Below are positions 14,701-26,117 of a DNA stretch of 64,000 bases, in pieces. The position numbers were made by a program, and so were the translations under genes. The notes beneath the pieces were generated by a model, which was not told where the DNA came from, ran no database searches, and was given only the letters and a program-made list of their open reading frames with translations. The stretch comes from Stylophora pistillata. Lineage: Eukaryota. The DNA is taken from positions 273,596 through 337,595 of the forward strand of contig NW_019217807.1 of NCBI RefSeq assembly GCF_002571385.2. Direction: 5' to 3'. How positions within the stretch are numbered: the first letter of the stretch is position 1; every line of letters starts with the position of its first letter.

Positions 14701-17700
14701 GTTCTATGAAGCGTGTAAAAAGCTACACAGAGGAATAATTGAATTCAGACCACGTGCATCTCTCGTTTCCTTGATGCATTTATAAGCATTCTTTAACGAT
14801 TGCTTTTGCATCTATGATACTACATGCTGATAGAAAGAGTGCACATCCTGAGCTAAATTTGGTTTAGCCTTCCTTTTGTTTCTTTTTTTTTTTTGTTTTA
14901 TTTATTAACATTTTATTTTATTTTTAAAGTGTGAAACTGTTTTTTTCAAACACCTTCGACGTTAAGGGTTAGTTTGTGTTAACTTCGTTATATAGCAATT
15001 TCAACCAAACCGTAATTTCAAACTGATTCACAGCTACACAAGTTTAAGGTAGCGCTTTCCAAGTGTGAAATAAGTTCAAAAACTATAAACTAAAAGCAAC
15101 GGATGTGTGTAAAACATGGGAGCGAAAATAATGAAATACTGGCTGAGGTCCAAAGGCATAACGTAGTCTACATGCGCATGAAACGTGGTGAGGGCACTGA
15201 GAGAGGCAAAAGAAAGATACTGAGGTCAGCCTCAGGCTTTCTAAAAAGTATAACTACGGGGTGCACTGAAAGTTTACTATCACATATGGGCTTAGATATT
15301 GATTATTACTTTACTAAATTAAGTAAATGAAACAAAATTCTTAGGTGCCTATATTGACGAGCACTTAACATGGAAACTTTATACTAGCTTCGTTTGGGAA
15401 GAAGTCTCAAAGTCATTTGTTATCATATTTAGATCTGAATATCATTTATTATCGAATAATACCAGCTTACTCTTTACTACTCGCTAATTTACCTACATGT
15501 CTTTTATTGCAATTCAACCTGGTAGTTTCATATGGGGCCAACTTCAAAATAATTTTTAATTACACAAACGAGCTGAGCGAGCCGTTACCACCTCAAACTA
15601 TACAGAACATACTGCTCCCCATATTTGTTAAACTAGGTATCTGAGATATTTTCAAAGTTAGTGCAATGCAATTTGCTGAATTCATGTTTATTGTAATAAC
15701 CAGCTATTGCCTCTGATGTTTCTCAGTTTGTTTCCTACGAGCATGGTCAATTCACACGAATAACAAACTGTTATTGATCACCCTGCCACTGTCGTACTAA
15801 TCTTAAGCAGTTTACAATACTACACCAAGATCCTGAAATTTGGGATTCTTTCCCACTATTGATCCGTGGTTCGACTAATTTCTCTATATTTTTAATGAAA
15901 TGAGTTTGAATTAGCTAAGCAAAACATCCACAACTTAATTACAAACATATTGACAATCGAGGCGGCCTCCCCCCTACAAGCCTGGTGGTTTCTTGGAGGT
16001 CCGTGCTCGCCGTATCACACTGTCGAATTTTTTGGAATATTACTTCTGAACTGGCTGATAATTGATGATGATGACTAAGTCAAAAACGTAGCGCTCTAAC
16101 AGTAAAGACCTTAGGCAGTCAGGACGGCAACGCCGTGAAAGATGACAATTTAAAAGGAATTTGTATTTTTAGTTAGAATTTCGCGAATAGCTGGATGTGT
16201 TTACTTTCTCTTTGTCCTCCACACTTCAACTTCAGCATAATGTATGTCAGCAGCGTTGAACTCCATAGGGAAACTTAATTTTCCGTCGCGGTTTCCGCTC
16301 TTAGACCTTGCAAATTCTGGTGATTTCACTTTGTTGTTTTGCAAAAGACGGCTATGAAATGTACGAAGTCTTACAACGCACTGAGCTACAGTTCTGCTCA
16401 TTAGATCTTTAATTTTGCCTCGTCCTCGTTGCCGTCGCGGTTGCTTCTGGTCTTAAGCATAAAATCGGTACGGTTTGCGAGCATTTTTTCTAAAACGTGA
16501 TTGTACTTTTGTTCTCTAGTTCAGCGCTATTCGTGCTAAAACTCAGATGTGACGGTCAGTTGTCCGTCTCAGAAGAAAGGTTGTGTGAAGTCATTTATGC
16601 GGTTAAACAAATACCTCACCGTGAATAGACACATTCAAACACTTTTGAAAGCGACGACAACAACGATAAACTTCTATGCTAAAGTAACTGGTTGCCTGAA
16701 AATTTTCTGGGTGTGTTTTCAAAAGAAGGAACGGTGATTGTAATGCCTACCAACAAACATTTGTATCAAATTAAACCGGTTATATTTGTTTTGCTCTTTC
16801 CCAGGAAGGAGCTTGGGCCTACCAGAGACTGACGGTCCTTGAAGTACGTACAATTTTCAAAAAATAATGACACGGTAAACAAACTTTTGATAATCCCACC
16901 TGATGAGAGGAAAACCACTTCGCCTTTTATTATCATAGATTAAATCTCGTTGTGCTACAGAGTGGCGGATATAGTATCCAGCTACCGTTTGCGGGACCCA
17001 CAGTAAGCAAAATGACGAACATGAGTCACAAATAACTGGCAGACGGAGTTTTCGTCAAATAACTGGCATAGAAGAAGCCATAGTCATACAAATTGTTACC
17101 TTAAGAAAAAAGCCACCCTCACTTTAACGACTCCTCGATGCTTTCGACAATGTCGATCATAGCTGTATGCAGGACACGTGACGCACACGAACCGGGCTTT
17201 AGCTTTTGTAATCATAGCCTTCCCTGAGACTCAGTGGTTAAGCATCAGAGTGCGGAATCCGAAGTTTTGGGGTTTTAGAGTTTTAGAGTTTTACCTGTTC
17301 CACGCATTTTCCTTTCTTTCTTTCAAAAGAACGACGTAACTAGAAGCTCCAAAACACCTCATTTTACAAATTCTTCAAATATTGCATTTACATTTAAGTA
17401 AAAGGAATTGGATTTCGAGTCTTAAAACTGAAACGCCAAAATCGAAATGTTGGTTTGCCTTCCACCATACATTTATTTGCATGTTGATTCTGAGATTTAA
17501 TCAATGAGTATTCCCTAGGTGATAGTTTTTTTTATTCTCATCTGGCGGTTGAAAAAGCTATTGAGATCTTTCAAGATCTAAACTTTTAGTCGGAATACTT
17601 GGAAGGAAAAAGATTTAATTTAGACCGAAATGCCTGCTGTTGGTTGAGCGTTGAGTCACTTAATGCATGAGAGGAAAAATTATCTCACACGAATATTTCA

Positions 17701-18641
17701 AGAAAACAAAGCGAAAAAGGCAAACATGTTGCAGCAAAAAAAAAAAATAATAATAACAAATTACGAAACAGGATGTCAAGGCAACATTTAGCGCATCGCC
17801 TTTCTCCTAGTAATGTTCCTTTGTAAATTGCGGTGGCGTTCAGTGTTTCACAAAGCATATAACCTCAAGGAGAGGACACGGAAATCGTCAATATAGAGAA
17901 GGGAAAAGCGACACTAAAAACTTCATGCAATTACCTGTTGCCCTCTCCTCGCCTAAAGTCAAGCCTCAAATCTGAGAAGTTTTTTCTTATGCTCGATCAG
18001 TCCGGCAGTACTATTGCAGTAAAAAGTGTTCTAGTTACTAAACCTTTCACGTAACATTCTCCTTTTCTGTAAAACTACAGTGGCGTGATTTAAATCAACA
18101 TCTTTTCAATAAAATTTCTTTTTTTAGCATTGACTGATTCGTGCTGACGTCAATCAAGACACCTGGTTATGAATAAATTTATCATGAAGTCGACATTTTT
18201 ACGGCAAGACCTTTCGTAAAGGTTAATTTCTAAGTTGCAGGAATTCTCCTTATCGAACTAAAATTTAACACACAACATGATGATGGGACGTTTTGAAAAT
18301 ACACCACGAAAGTACGTTTCTTACTCCAACGAGAGAAGCGGCCTTCGGGGAATCCCTTTTTTTTAGGATCATGCACGACAATAGTGTTAACCGACTTTTT
18401 TCTTGTGGTTGGAAATTTTACCAGAGGGACACAATCTCTTCTGCACTTGAAGTATAGCGTTCGATAACAGCTGATCTTTTGTTTAAATCAGGCGTTTTTG
18501 CTTTCAGAAAAGTAGCGCTCTCTTCTTGCTCAGTTCAATTTACCTGTATTTTATTTTTTTTTTATTCCGTCTTTGTCCCGGGGCCAAAGTTCTTTGAGTT
18601 GTGCTTTTCAGGTACCGCTGATTGACGTCATGAAAATCTAA
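2720..18641 (+). CDS. Candidate three-micro-exon gene, 28-aa peptide MKEIYKEGAWAYQRLTVLEVPLIDVMKI (or the C-terminus of a longer protein)
   Basis: Exons 2720-2737 (AAG|gtacgt), 16805-16843 (ctctttcccag|...GAA|gtacgt) and 18612-18641 (gcttttcag|...TAA). All are phase 0 and join without a stop. ATTAAA lies at 18906. No homolog recognised. Confidence 0.45.
5502..5653. repeat. 36-bp minisatellite, about 4 copies
   Basis: Unit TTTGAGTAGCACTAAACTGATCATAACTTGTGCCAT repeated near-perfectly. It produces the repetitive ORFs on both strands. Confidence 0.95.
6355..6452 (-). mobile_element. Short element with decayed minimal hammerhead-ribozyme motif (Penelope-associated type)
   Basis: Minus strand reads act-CTGACGA-agcctgacgctc-GAAAC-GTG-agt, followed by the family body ...ggtggcaatttacattatcaactcagttgataaaacc. 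Confidence 0.65.
10240..10665 (-). mobile_element. Degenerate LINE 3' fragment
   Basis: Decayed coding-like sequence (ORF 10444-10698) runs into an AT-rich UTR and simple-repeat tail. The family is not identifiable. Confidence 0.35.
10666..10921. repeat. Tandem duplication of about 130 bp
   Basis: GCGTAACTCATAACAG...GAAAAGAAGTTT occurs at 10666-10798 and 10799-10921. The second copy has a 10-bp deletion. Confidence 0.95.
16111..16457. mobile_element. MITE-like interspersed repeat
   Basis: Subterminal inverted repeats GACGGCAACG ... CGTTGCCGTC. Confidence 0.5.
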
Positions 18642-19451
18642 TTATAGTCACTAGCGACAATTCAACACGATGTTTTTCGCTTCCGAAGTCATGCGTTTGA
18701 AAGTTCTTCCTTATCACAGCAGGACACGCCGGCAAAGCCACGTGCATGACAAGCTGTGAATATCTTTAGAATACAAAAGCCTAGTATAAATGTAGTAATT
18801 TCTATTTACGTCAATCATTATAGTAAGAATAAGGAAAAGCAACTTGAAAATACTGTAAGTGTTGAAGGTTTTCTTTGTTGGTTAACTTCTCATTTTCGTC
18901 CTTCCATTAAACCTTTTAATTGCTCGTTTTGGCTCTTCTATTGAAATGAAATTCTGTAAGTTTTATAGAGATTCTGCACCAAGGTAAAGCCCCTTTTCAA
19001 ATCCAAGACACGTATTTGATTTCTTTTGTTTGCACTCTGGTATTTTCTTAGTAATTCCCTTTAGCTTTCAGATAATTTTACGATCCATCCGTTAAATTTT
19101 AAGAAAGGCTGGATTCGTTCAAGAACAATCATTTATATTTCAGATCAGTCTCACAAATACATAAAGGACCAACATGGTTCCTCATTGCTTCAAAATCAGA
19201 TTTACACGAGGGTGGTGACTCTGTCGTATAGATACCCGGTATCGTGACTATTGAGCGGGTTTAAATTTTTCGCACGGTTTTTCATTGATCCGCCGTGAAA
19301 ACTTTTTCCCGAAGAAAAAAAGTTCGCAAAAGTTTACAATAAATCATAAATTTACAACATATGTAACGCTTATTGCAAGCCTCTGAGCGCTTTACCCAAT
19401 GAAAGAGAGAGAAACAAATAATTCCAAGAAATATAAAGTGCTTGAAATTTC

Positions 19452-19620
19452 CAACTAGCAGGAGGCAGATCAATTCATTGGCCATTTACACAGCGCAGCT
19501 GAAGAGATGAACTCGGGCCGGGGCAACTGGGAACAAATCCCGTGAGTAACAGGGCGGAGGACTTGAACCCGTCACCAGATTACAAATCCAACGCATTAAC
19601 CGCTCGGCCACGCCACCTCC
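19452..19620 (-). mobile_element. tRNA-derived SINE, family A (3'-truncated)
   Basis: Minus-strand A box TGGCCGAGCGG and B box GGTTCAAGTCC. Homologous to the copies at 48083-48327 and 49715-49966. Confidence 0.85.
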
Positions 19621-20044
19621 TTTGTTAGCTGCCTTAAATCTAATAAAAACCTTGGGCTTCAGATGTGAGACGGTCGGTACAAGAGCTTTCATCGCGAACT
19701 AAACTTCACGAAGATTATAAAGCCAATAAGTAGAACTGGAAATATAACTAAAAAATATTGAAACATCACCTTTCTTTCCTTGTTAATTTTTGGCCGCTTG
19801 GACAGAAAAGCCCAAAGGTGGGTCACTAGTAAAACACGAAAAGTCATCAAACCGTGAAGCACAACTACCGCGCAAATTCAAAAATTTTAACTTAAACACT
19901 TTCAATGATTTTCCTTAAAGAATGAAGGTTTCCTTAACCAGTTTTCGGGTGATACGCTAATTTGGGCACGCCTTACTTTCTACAAAATTGAAATTTCCAA
20001 ACTCAAATCTGTATCTACATGTCAATGAGTCGGTAAAGTCTTAA

Positions 20045-20589
20045 AGGGGAACTGAAGCCTAAAATTGGTATATTGTTTGCATTCATTTCTAGTTAGCTTT
20101 AGAGGAGTAAGATAAAGTGTCGATATTCATTTTCGTTCACTTCTTGTTTTTTACGAGAAAATTCGATTTGAAGTTGCCTTTTTCCCGCTTTTGGGGCTGT
20201 AAGACCGTCGGCTCAAAATAGGTCAGCAGCGGTCGTTTATGACGTCAGTGGTGGGGAACCAACTTAAGAAAAACAACTGTTACTATTTCATTTTCGTAGT
20301 TAATCCCCATTACAAGTCACGCAACTTCGATAACTCCATAACCAAACCAAATTTCTGTAGGAAGAGTACGGGTTTATTATCTTTCTTCCCCACCAGTGAC
20401 GTAAGAGCGAGCTAAAATGACCGCTGACATCGCTTTTCTGAGCCGCCGTACTACGAGGCCAAAATACCACTTTAAACTATTTTTTCGAGGCGAAGTTGGG
20501 CCCAAAGACTGGAAAAAACCCTCGAACATTGCTATTTGAACTATAAGCTGCAATTTAAAAATGGTTCATTTTTAGGCTTCGGTTCCTCT
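20045..20589. mobile_element. Non-autonomous DNA transposon, Kolobok-type ends
   Basis: TIR AGGGGAACTGAAGCCTAAAA / TTTTAGGCTTCGGTTCCTCT, flanked by TTAA at 20041-20044 and 20590-20593. Confidence 0.8.
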
Positions 20590-20879
20590 TTAAATGGCAT
20601 CACACCAACATCATTAAAAATAATGAAAAATTATTCCATGAGTGTGGATATAGGATAGTCAATAGTCAATAAGGAGCTTAGCGCCGAGTTGGCCATAACC
20701 AATCTCGTATCCAACAAGTGCGAATGGAATAATTGTTCTATCAAATTTCTTTAAATCCTGACAATTTGGACATTTGGAACTTTTTTCAGCTCGGCAACAG
20801 TTGGCGTAATGCATTTCCAAAGAAGGTGACTCAGAGTACGAGCTGAGTGAACCAATCAGAATGCCTATTTAAAATAATT

Positions 20880-21300
20880 GGTTAAACTTGTTTTAACAAG
20901 AGCAACTGATTTAGAATTCATAATGTCTGCCGGAAGTTCTGCCGGTTCGGAAGGTAAAGAATTCCACTCACTTCTATCTAGGGAAAAAAAAACAAAGCTT
21001 AAAATAGTTTGGACATTTGGAACTTTTTTTTGGAAGTTCTGCCGGTTCCGAAGGTAAAGAATTCCACTCACTTCTATCTAGGGAAAAAAAAACAAAGCTT
21101 AAAATATCTTTACTAGCTTTTAGTATTATAAGTTTGAATTTACGGCTTCTATATGTTCTGGTCTTTCTATGAGACAATCAATATTTTTCTGTTTTAATGT
21201 TTGTAAGATTATCACTCATTTTATACATTGTGTTCCTCTGTTCTTCATTCGTCTTGTTTCTAGCGTACCCCATCCTAGTTCTCGGTTGTATTTCTGAAGA
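20880..21300 (-). mobile_element. Degenerate LINE RT C-terminal fragment with an internal 100-bp-period duplication
   Basis: Translations contain FFPR...EWNSLP and MYKM..NL.NI, typical of the end of non-LTR RT ORFs. A duplicated block lies at 20932-21006 and 21032-21106. Confidence 0.6.
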
Positions 21301-21671
21301 CAGAAACCAGCTACTTTTCTCTGGAATCCTCTCATAGCAACATTTTTTTAATGTAATGCGAGTCCCTAGAGGCAATTGCGTACCCTAGGTAATAGCATGA
21401 GTCTAGCATAAGCAGTTTCTTTTACTTTCTTGGAGCAATTCCAGAGGATTCGTTTAATTAATCAAGCCTAAGGTTTTATTTGCTTTACTTCAGATTGATG
21501 AGACATGTTGTGACCATTTCAATTTATTGACAAATGCTTTTCTGCAGAAACAATCCTTCCTCGTTTACTGGGTATCTGAGTGGAGGAACTAGTGGGCCCT
21601 GGAACCGAGGTTGGAAAAAATTTTGTACGATCATCACGCAACAAGGAGCTTTGCGTGACTTTAATGCAAAA

Positions 21672-21685
21672 GTTGCTATGGCGAT
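21672..21685. promoter_or_regulatory. RFX X-box-like motif upstream of the CXorf65-like gene
   Basis: GTTGCTATGGCGAT compared with consensus GTTGCCATGGCAAC. Related motifs occur at 21921-21933 and 23162-23173. Confidence 0.5.
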
Positions 21686-22143
21686 CGACTTACACGGGTG
21701 TGACAAGAAATTCTAGGTTCTATCACGCTTTCTAACGACAGTGGAATAAGTAACACGAATATCTTTCAAATTTGAGGGCTTCGTATTAAACATTTGCAAA
21801 TACCAAACTTCGCCTTTCCCTAACGAATGCGTAACGGACGGTCACGATCATACAGTGTATGCCTCATTTGAGTCATTACCATTCAATTGTTTCAAGAATA
21901 TTACTTCAAATCACCTGCCCGTTACTATGGGACAAGATCCATTTATGCGAAAAAAAAAAAAGCAAGTACTTTATATAATAAGAAATCAATCGTCAACGTG
22001 TCTGAAGCAAAAGAGCACATCACTCGGGTGGCGTTTGTGACGCGGCCAAAACACCATCGCCGTAGTGGACAAGTTGCGAAAAACTTAAGGGTTGATGCGA
22101 GGTTGTTTTACTTCGTTACGACGTCGATGCATGCTTTGCAAAC

Positions 22144-25019
22144 ATGTTTGTAACGATTTATTACGGAGATCAGAAGTCGTTGCTTGTCAATCCAAGCTGT
22201 TCCGTGGTAAATCTACTGAACTCGATAAAAGAGCGCTGCGGTTATGGCGATAGTGACAGAGTTCTGGACTTGAGCGACGAAACAGGTAAATTATCAGAAT
22301 GGCTTTGGCTGAAGGTTTTACAGTAAACAATCTTAGACGGCAAGATGAAGCGAATTCAATAGAGCTTTTAAGCATCGCCGGATAGACAGACATAATGAAT
22401 ATCTGATTTAATTCAAATTCAAATAAGGAAGCGTTTAGATGAATATTTCCAATTAGAGCAGCGAGGAGGTTAATTGGAAATGCGCCAAAACCGACAGTCG
22501 TTCAATTTTTTTTTCTGTGGGTTAGGCAGCAACAAGTTGGCTCACTTTGAATTAAAAACCGTGAGGTAATTTGAGCAAAAAGAACTATAACTTTAAAATG
22601 ACCTCGGACTTAATAACAGCGTTAGATCAATTCTGATCCTACAAAAACAGGATTCTAAGCAGACGTCATGGTAAATCACTGTTCATTTTTTCCAAAAAAA
22701 TGAAGACTGACATAGAAGCGGAAAATTAAAAGGATCCCTTTCGATTACGAAGAGACTCTGTGGATTTATACAGACAACATAAATATCAGGTTTTGAATTT
22801 CGCCTTCAATGCAATTACTGAAGCATGTGACGAATGTGCGGTTTTCTTGTTAGGGAAATGCAAGTAGTAATGTCATTGTTCTCACGAGCTGTTTTTAGAA
22901 GCTTTTAAATGTTAACCAGAGGGTTCGACAGAATAACATCGCTAGCTTTTATGGTATATCAACCTGAAAACAAGAAGCCATGAAAACATTTGCACTCCGC
23001 CAAAAAAGCTTGTTTTTTCTTTCATTCCGTGTCGTGAAGAAAAAAAAAGACGGTCCAAAGCGAGAGAGAATTATGGACTTCTTTACATGATACGGGCTAA
23101 TCTTTGTAAGGAATGGAAAATCTTGTTTATTTTCTAAGAACGATCTTCGTAGATCCGTAAAGTTGCCATGGAGGCGTGTATTTCCACCCTGTAAGAGTTC
23201 CGCAGAGTGCAACAACTCCATGCTTAACATCGCAAAGCAACCTTGCCAAAATAACAATCAAATGAAATTATAATTACTTGAAACTAAGATGGACAACATA
23301 AGAACTAAGTAGTTTGCGAAAAAAATCGCAAATAGCAGATCCAAGAGGCTTTAGTGTGATTAATAATGTCAATAAGCGCCCAAAGACTTTCCATTACTGC
23401 TTTAAGTTTAAGCTACTTGTATTTTTTTGCCTTGGGTATTGTAACAGCCTTGGCAATCTTTCAACTGCTTTCACAATAATTTTTCTGTAATCACTATACA
23501 AACAAACCAAATAAACGGGGCGCGAAAGAGGGGATTATGTATGAAAAGAAGAAAAAAATCCAGGATTATCCGGCTACAATAATAACCAATTATTTCTCAA
23601 GGCACTTTCAGCGACGAAAAGCAGACTCAACAATTAACGGTTAATGGTTCTGGCTAATATCAGCGAATAGCAGAAGTGGCAATTAAAAGCTTCAGAATAA
23701 ATGCACGAATTAGCATGATGGCTTTGAGTCAAGTAATCGTAAAAGGCAAGATAAAAGAATTCACCGCACGTTTACAACTCACCAGCTTGATGGAAAGACA
23801 CACACATTGAATCAAAACAAGAGAAAATCATAATTTTCTCTTGATCACAACTTAATCTCAAATAAAATCATTCATAGAATGAGTCATAAAAAAAAAGCCG
23901 CAAATAAGCCTACGTCCAAACTACACCACAGAAATTTGAAAAAGGAAACTCTATTTCTACTGTTTAGCGGGCCTCTCGTCCAAACCGAAAACAAGACCGC
24001 TGACATGCATCACTGCTCTTTGCACCTTTTGGCGACAAAAAGCACATGCGAATAAAATCTTCCCGGCACAGGACTGGAGTTGATAAGAGCATGTTTTCGA
24101 TGAAGTGTCGAAAAACCAAACCCAAGGTAATCACAACTACTAATCACAACTACTAATCACAACCAAGGTTAACATCATTAACCACTGAAAACTCAAAGTT
24201 AAAACTGGCAACCCGCTTGAAGCACGGAAAAACGCCACTGACCAAGTGGGATTGGTTTTAGTTTTGCATTTGATTGGTTGAGAGACTGGCGCGAGTTTTC
24301 TGGCCGAGCACAGAGCTAAGTAAAGCAAAACCAGATCAATTCTGGGGCCCGGAAGAAACAAAACGGACTGGTGAGGGTATTGAACTCTGCCTCTATTCCT
24401 TACAACTGCTCCTCTATTCCTTACAATTTTATTTGAAAATATGGCTTCGGGCAAAACGTACCGGGACTTTCCAGAAAGGGAGCCCTGGATCACTTTCGAT
24501 ACAACTGAAAACTGCCCTAATTAAACTCTAAAATGTTAACAATTTATGTTTACAAATCTTCCGAGCACAAAACATTTTAATCTGTTTTACGCAGACTTAT
24601 TCCGGTGACAACGTTTCCCAATGAGTCATGCAACAATCAAAAGTCCAATTATCTAAGTCTCGCTGAAAACGTCTCAAAATATTTTCTTGTTTCTATTTAT
24701 ACCAGGACTAGTCTTAGATCTCAGCAGCCACAAAAACGATTACGCTAGCAAGTATCTCGCATCCAAAGGCTTCTACGTTCTGGTAGAGAAACGGACGATA
24801 ACATCACCTTCCAATGACCCAAACGAATCGAGGCTCCCGCAGGAAGTCCAATATGTACCCCTGCTTCTAAGACCCAACGAAACATTTCAAGGTTATAAAG
24901 CTAGAGTGGCTGAGAGGAACATGGGTCGAGATGAAATATCACAGACGAGCAGAAACACAGCAAGCAGAGGTAAACGAGGGAGACCGAGAGTACGAAAGAG
25001 TGTAGTAGAAGCAAGTTAG
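22144..25019 (+). CDS. CXorf65/C22orf15-like protein, 151 aa, 2 exons
   Basis: Exons 22144-22285 and 24706-25019 (phase 1, GT-AG). MFVTIYYGDQKSLLVNPSCSVVNLL...DLSDETG...YASKYL...YVPLL parallels CXorf65 MFIFIKHGDNQQFLVNTNC...YASKYL...FVPLL as recalled. Confidence 0.85.
24084..24520. mobile_element. MITE-like repeat in the intron of the CXorf65-like gene
   Basis: Imperfect TIRs AGAGCATGTTTTCGATGAAGTGTCG / CGATACAACTGAAAACTGCCCTA. A related remnant lies at 26355-26465. Confidence 0.55.
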
Positions 25020-26117
25020 CGCACGAGAACAGATTCCTTTGACAGAGTCCATCTCTGTTTACCCTTGTAGTAACAATTCAAGTTAGATGTTCTTTGAGAG
25101 GTATCAGGTTCTTTATAAGATTAAAATTGTAAATTAATAAGGATAAAACTGTAACTTGAGTTTAAAAACCTATTTTTAATTACAAAAAAAAAAGTACAAC
25201 ATGTATTTGTAAATAACGTGAAATCCCTAAGTTAAATTGTAATGTAATTAGCGTAAGGACCTTCCTTGTAATTTGCTTGTTTCGCAGTCATTACTGTAGC
25301 TTATTCTTAAAAAAAAAGAAAAGAAAACCTTTCTAGGGAACATGTAGTGGTCTAGAATTGGGCTACAAAATCAAAAACTTAACAAAAAGTTTCCTGAGCC
25401 GTTAAAGAACCCAATGAGATTTTTACACTCTAACGTCAAAAAGCATATTCTCCGTAGTCTTCTATATGCATTTCTTGTGGTATTTACAGAGCTTCAACAG
25501 TTGGTGATTACTTCCTTTGTTCTCGTGACGTCAATGCTTGATTCAGGAATGATATTGTGAGGACAAATTAGATGTAAGTGACCCTGGAGCAACACGGTCG
25601 GGAAGACCTCTCGAGAGGTCATCATGTTCAACTCTTGTACAAGATAATTCACTTTACTATTGCCTCTCTCTACCCAGGAGTATAGATGGTTACCGACTCC
25701 ACCCAGTATAGGTGCATACCGTAACAATTTCAGGGAAATTTTACGGCTCTCAATCTCGTCCAAGAAGAGCACCAACATTCTTAACTGTTTCATGTTACAG
25801 AAACCGTGATTTGGACTTCTAGAATTGTGTAACTTTTTCTTTAGGTATTATAGAAGTACTATGCCAGCTTCATTACAGTTCAGCATTACAATCTAGAACT
25901 CCACAACTTGAAGCAGGCACGGGAGGTGAATCATGGAGTAAGCATCGTGCTTTCGCTGTCAAATCCCGATTTACACGCGCGTGACCCACGCGAGACGTGC
26001 GCTAACACACCCTGCGTCCAAAATCCTTTTTTTTTGGTTCAAATCGACGGCAGCTTGGCAAACCTCGATCTCTCCAATCCACAAAGATTCTTCCTTCCCT
26101 TATCTACCTTTGTTTAA

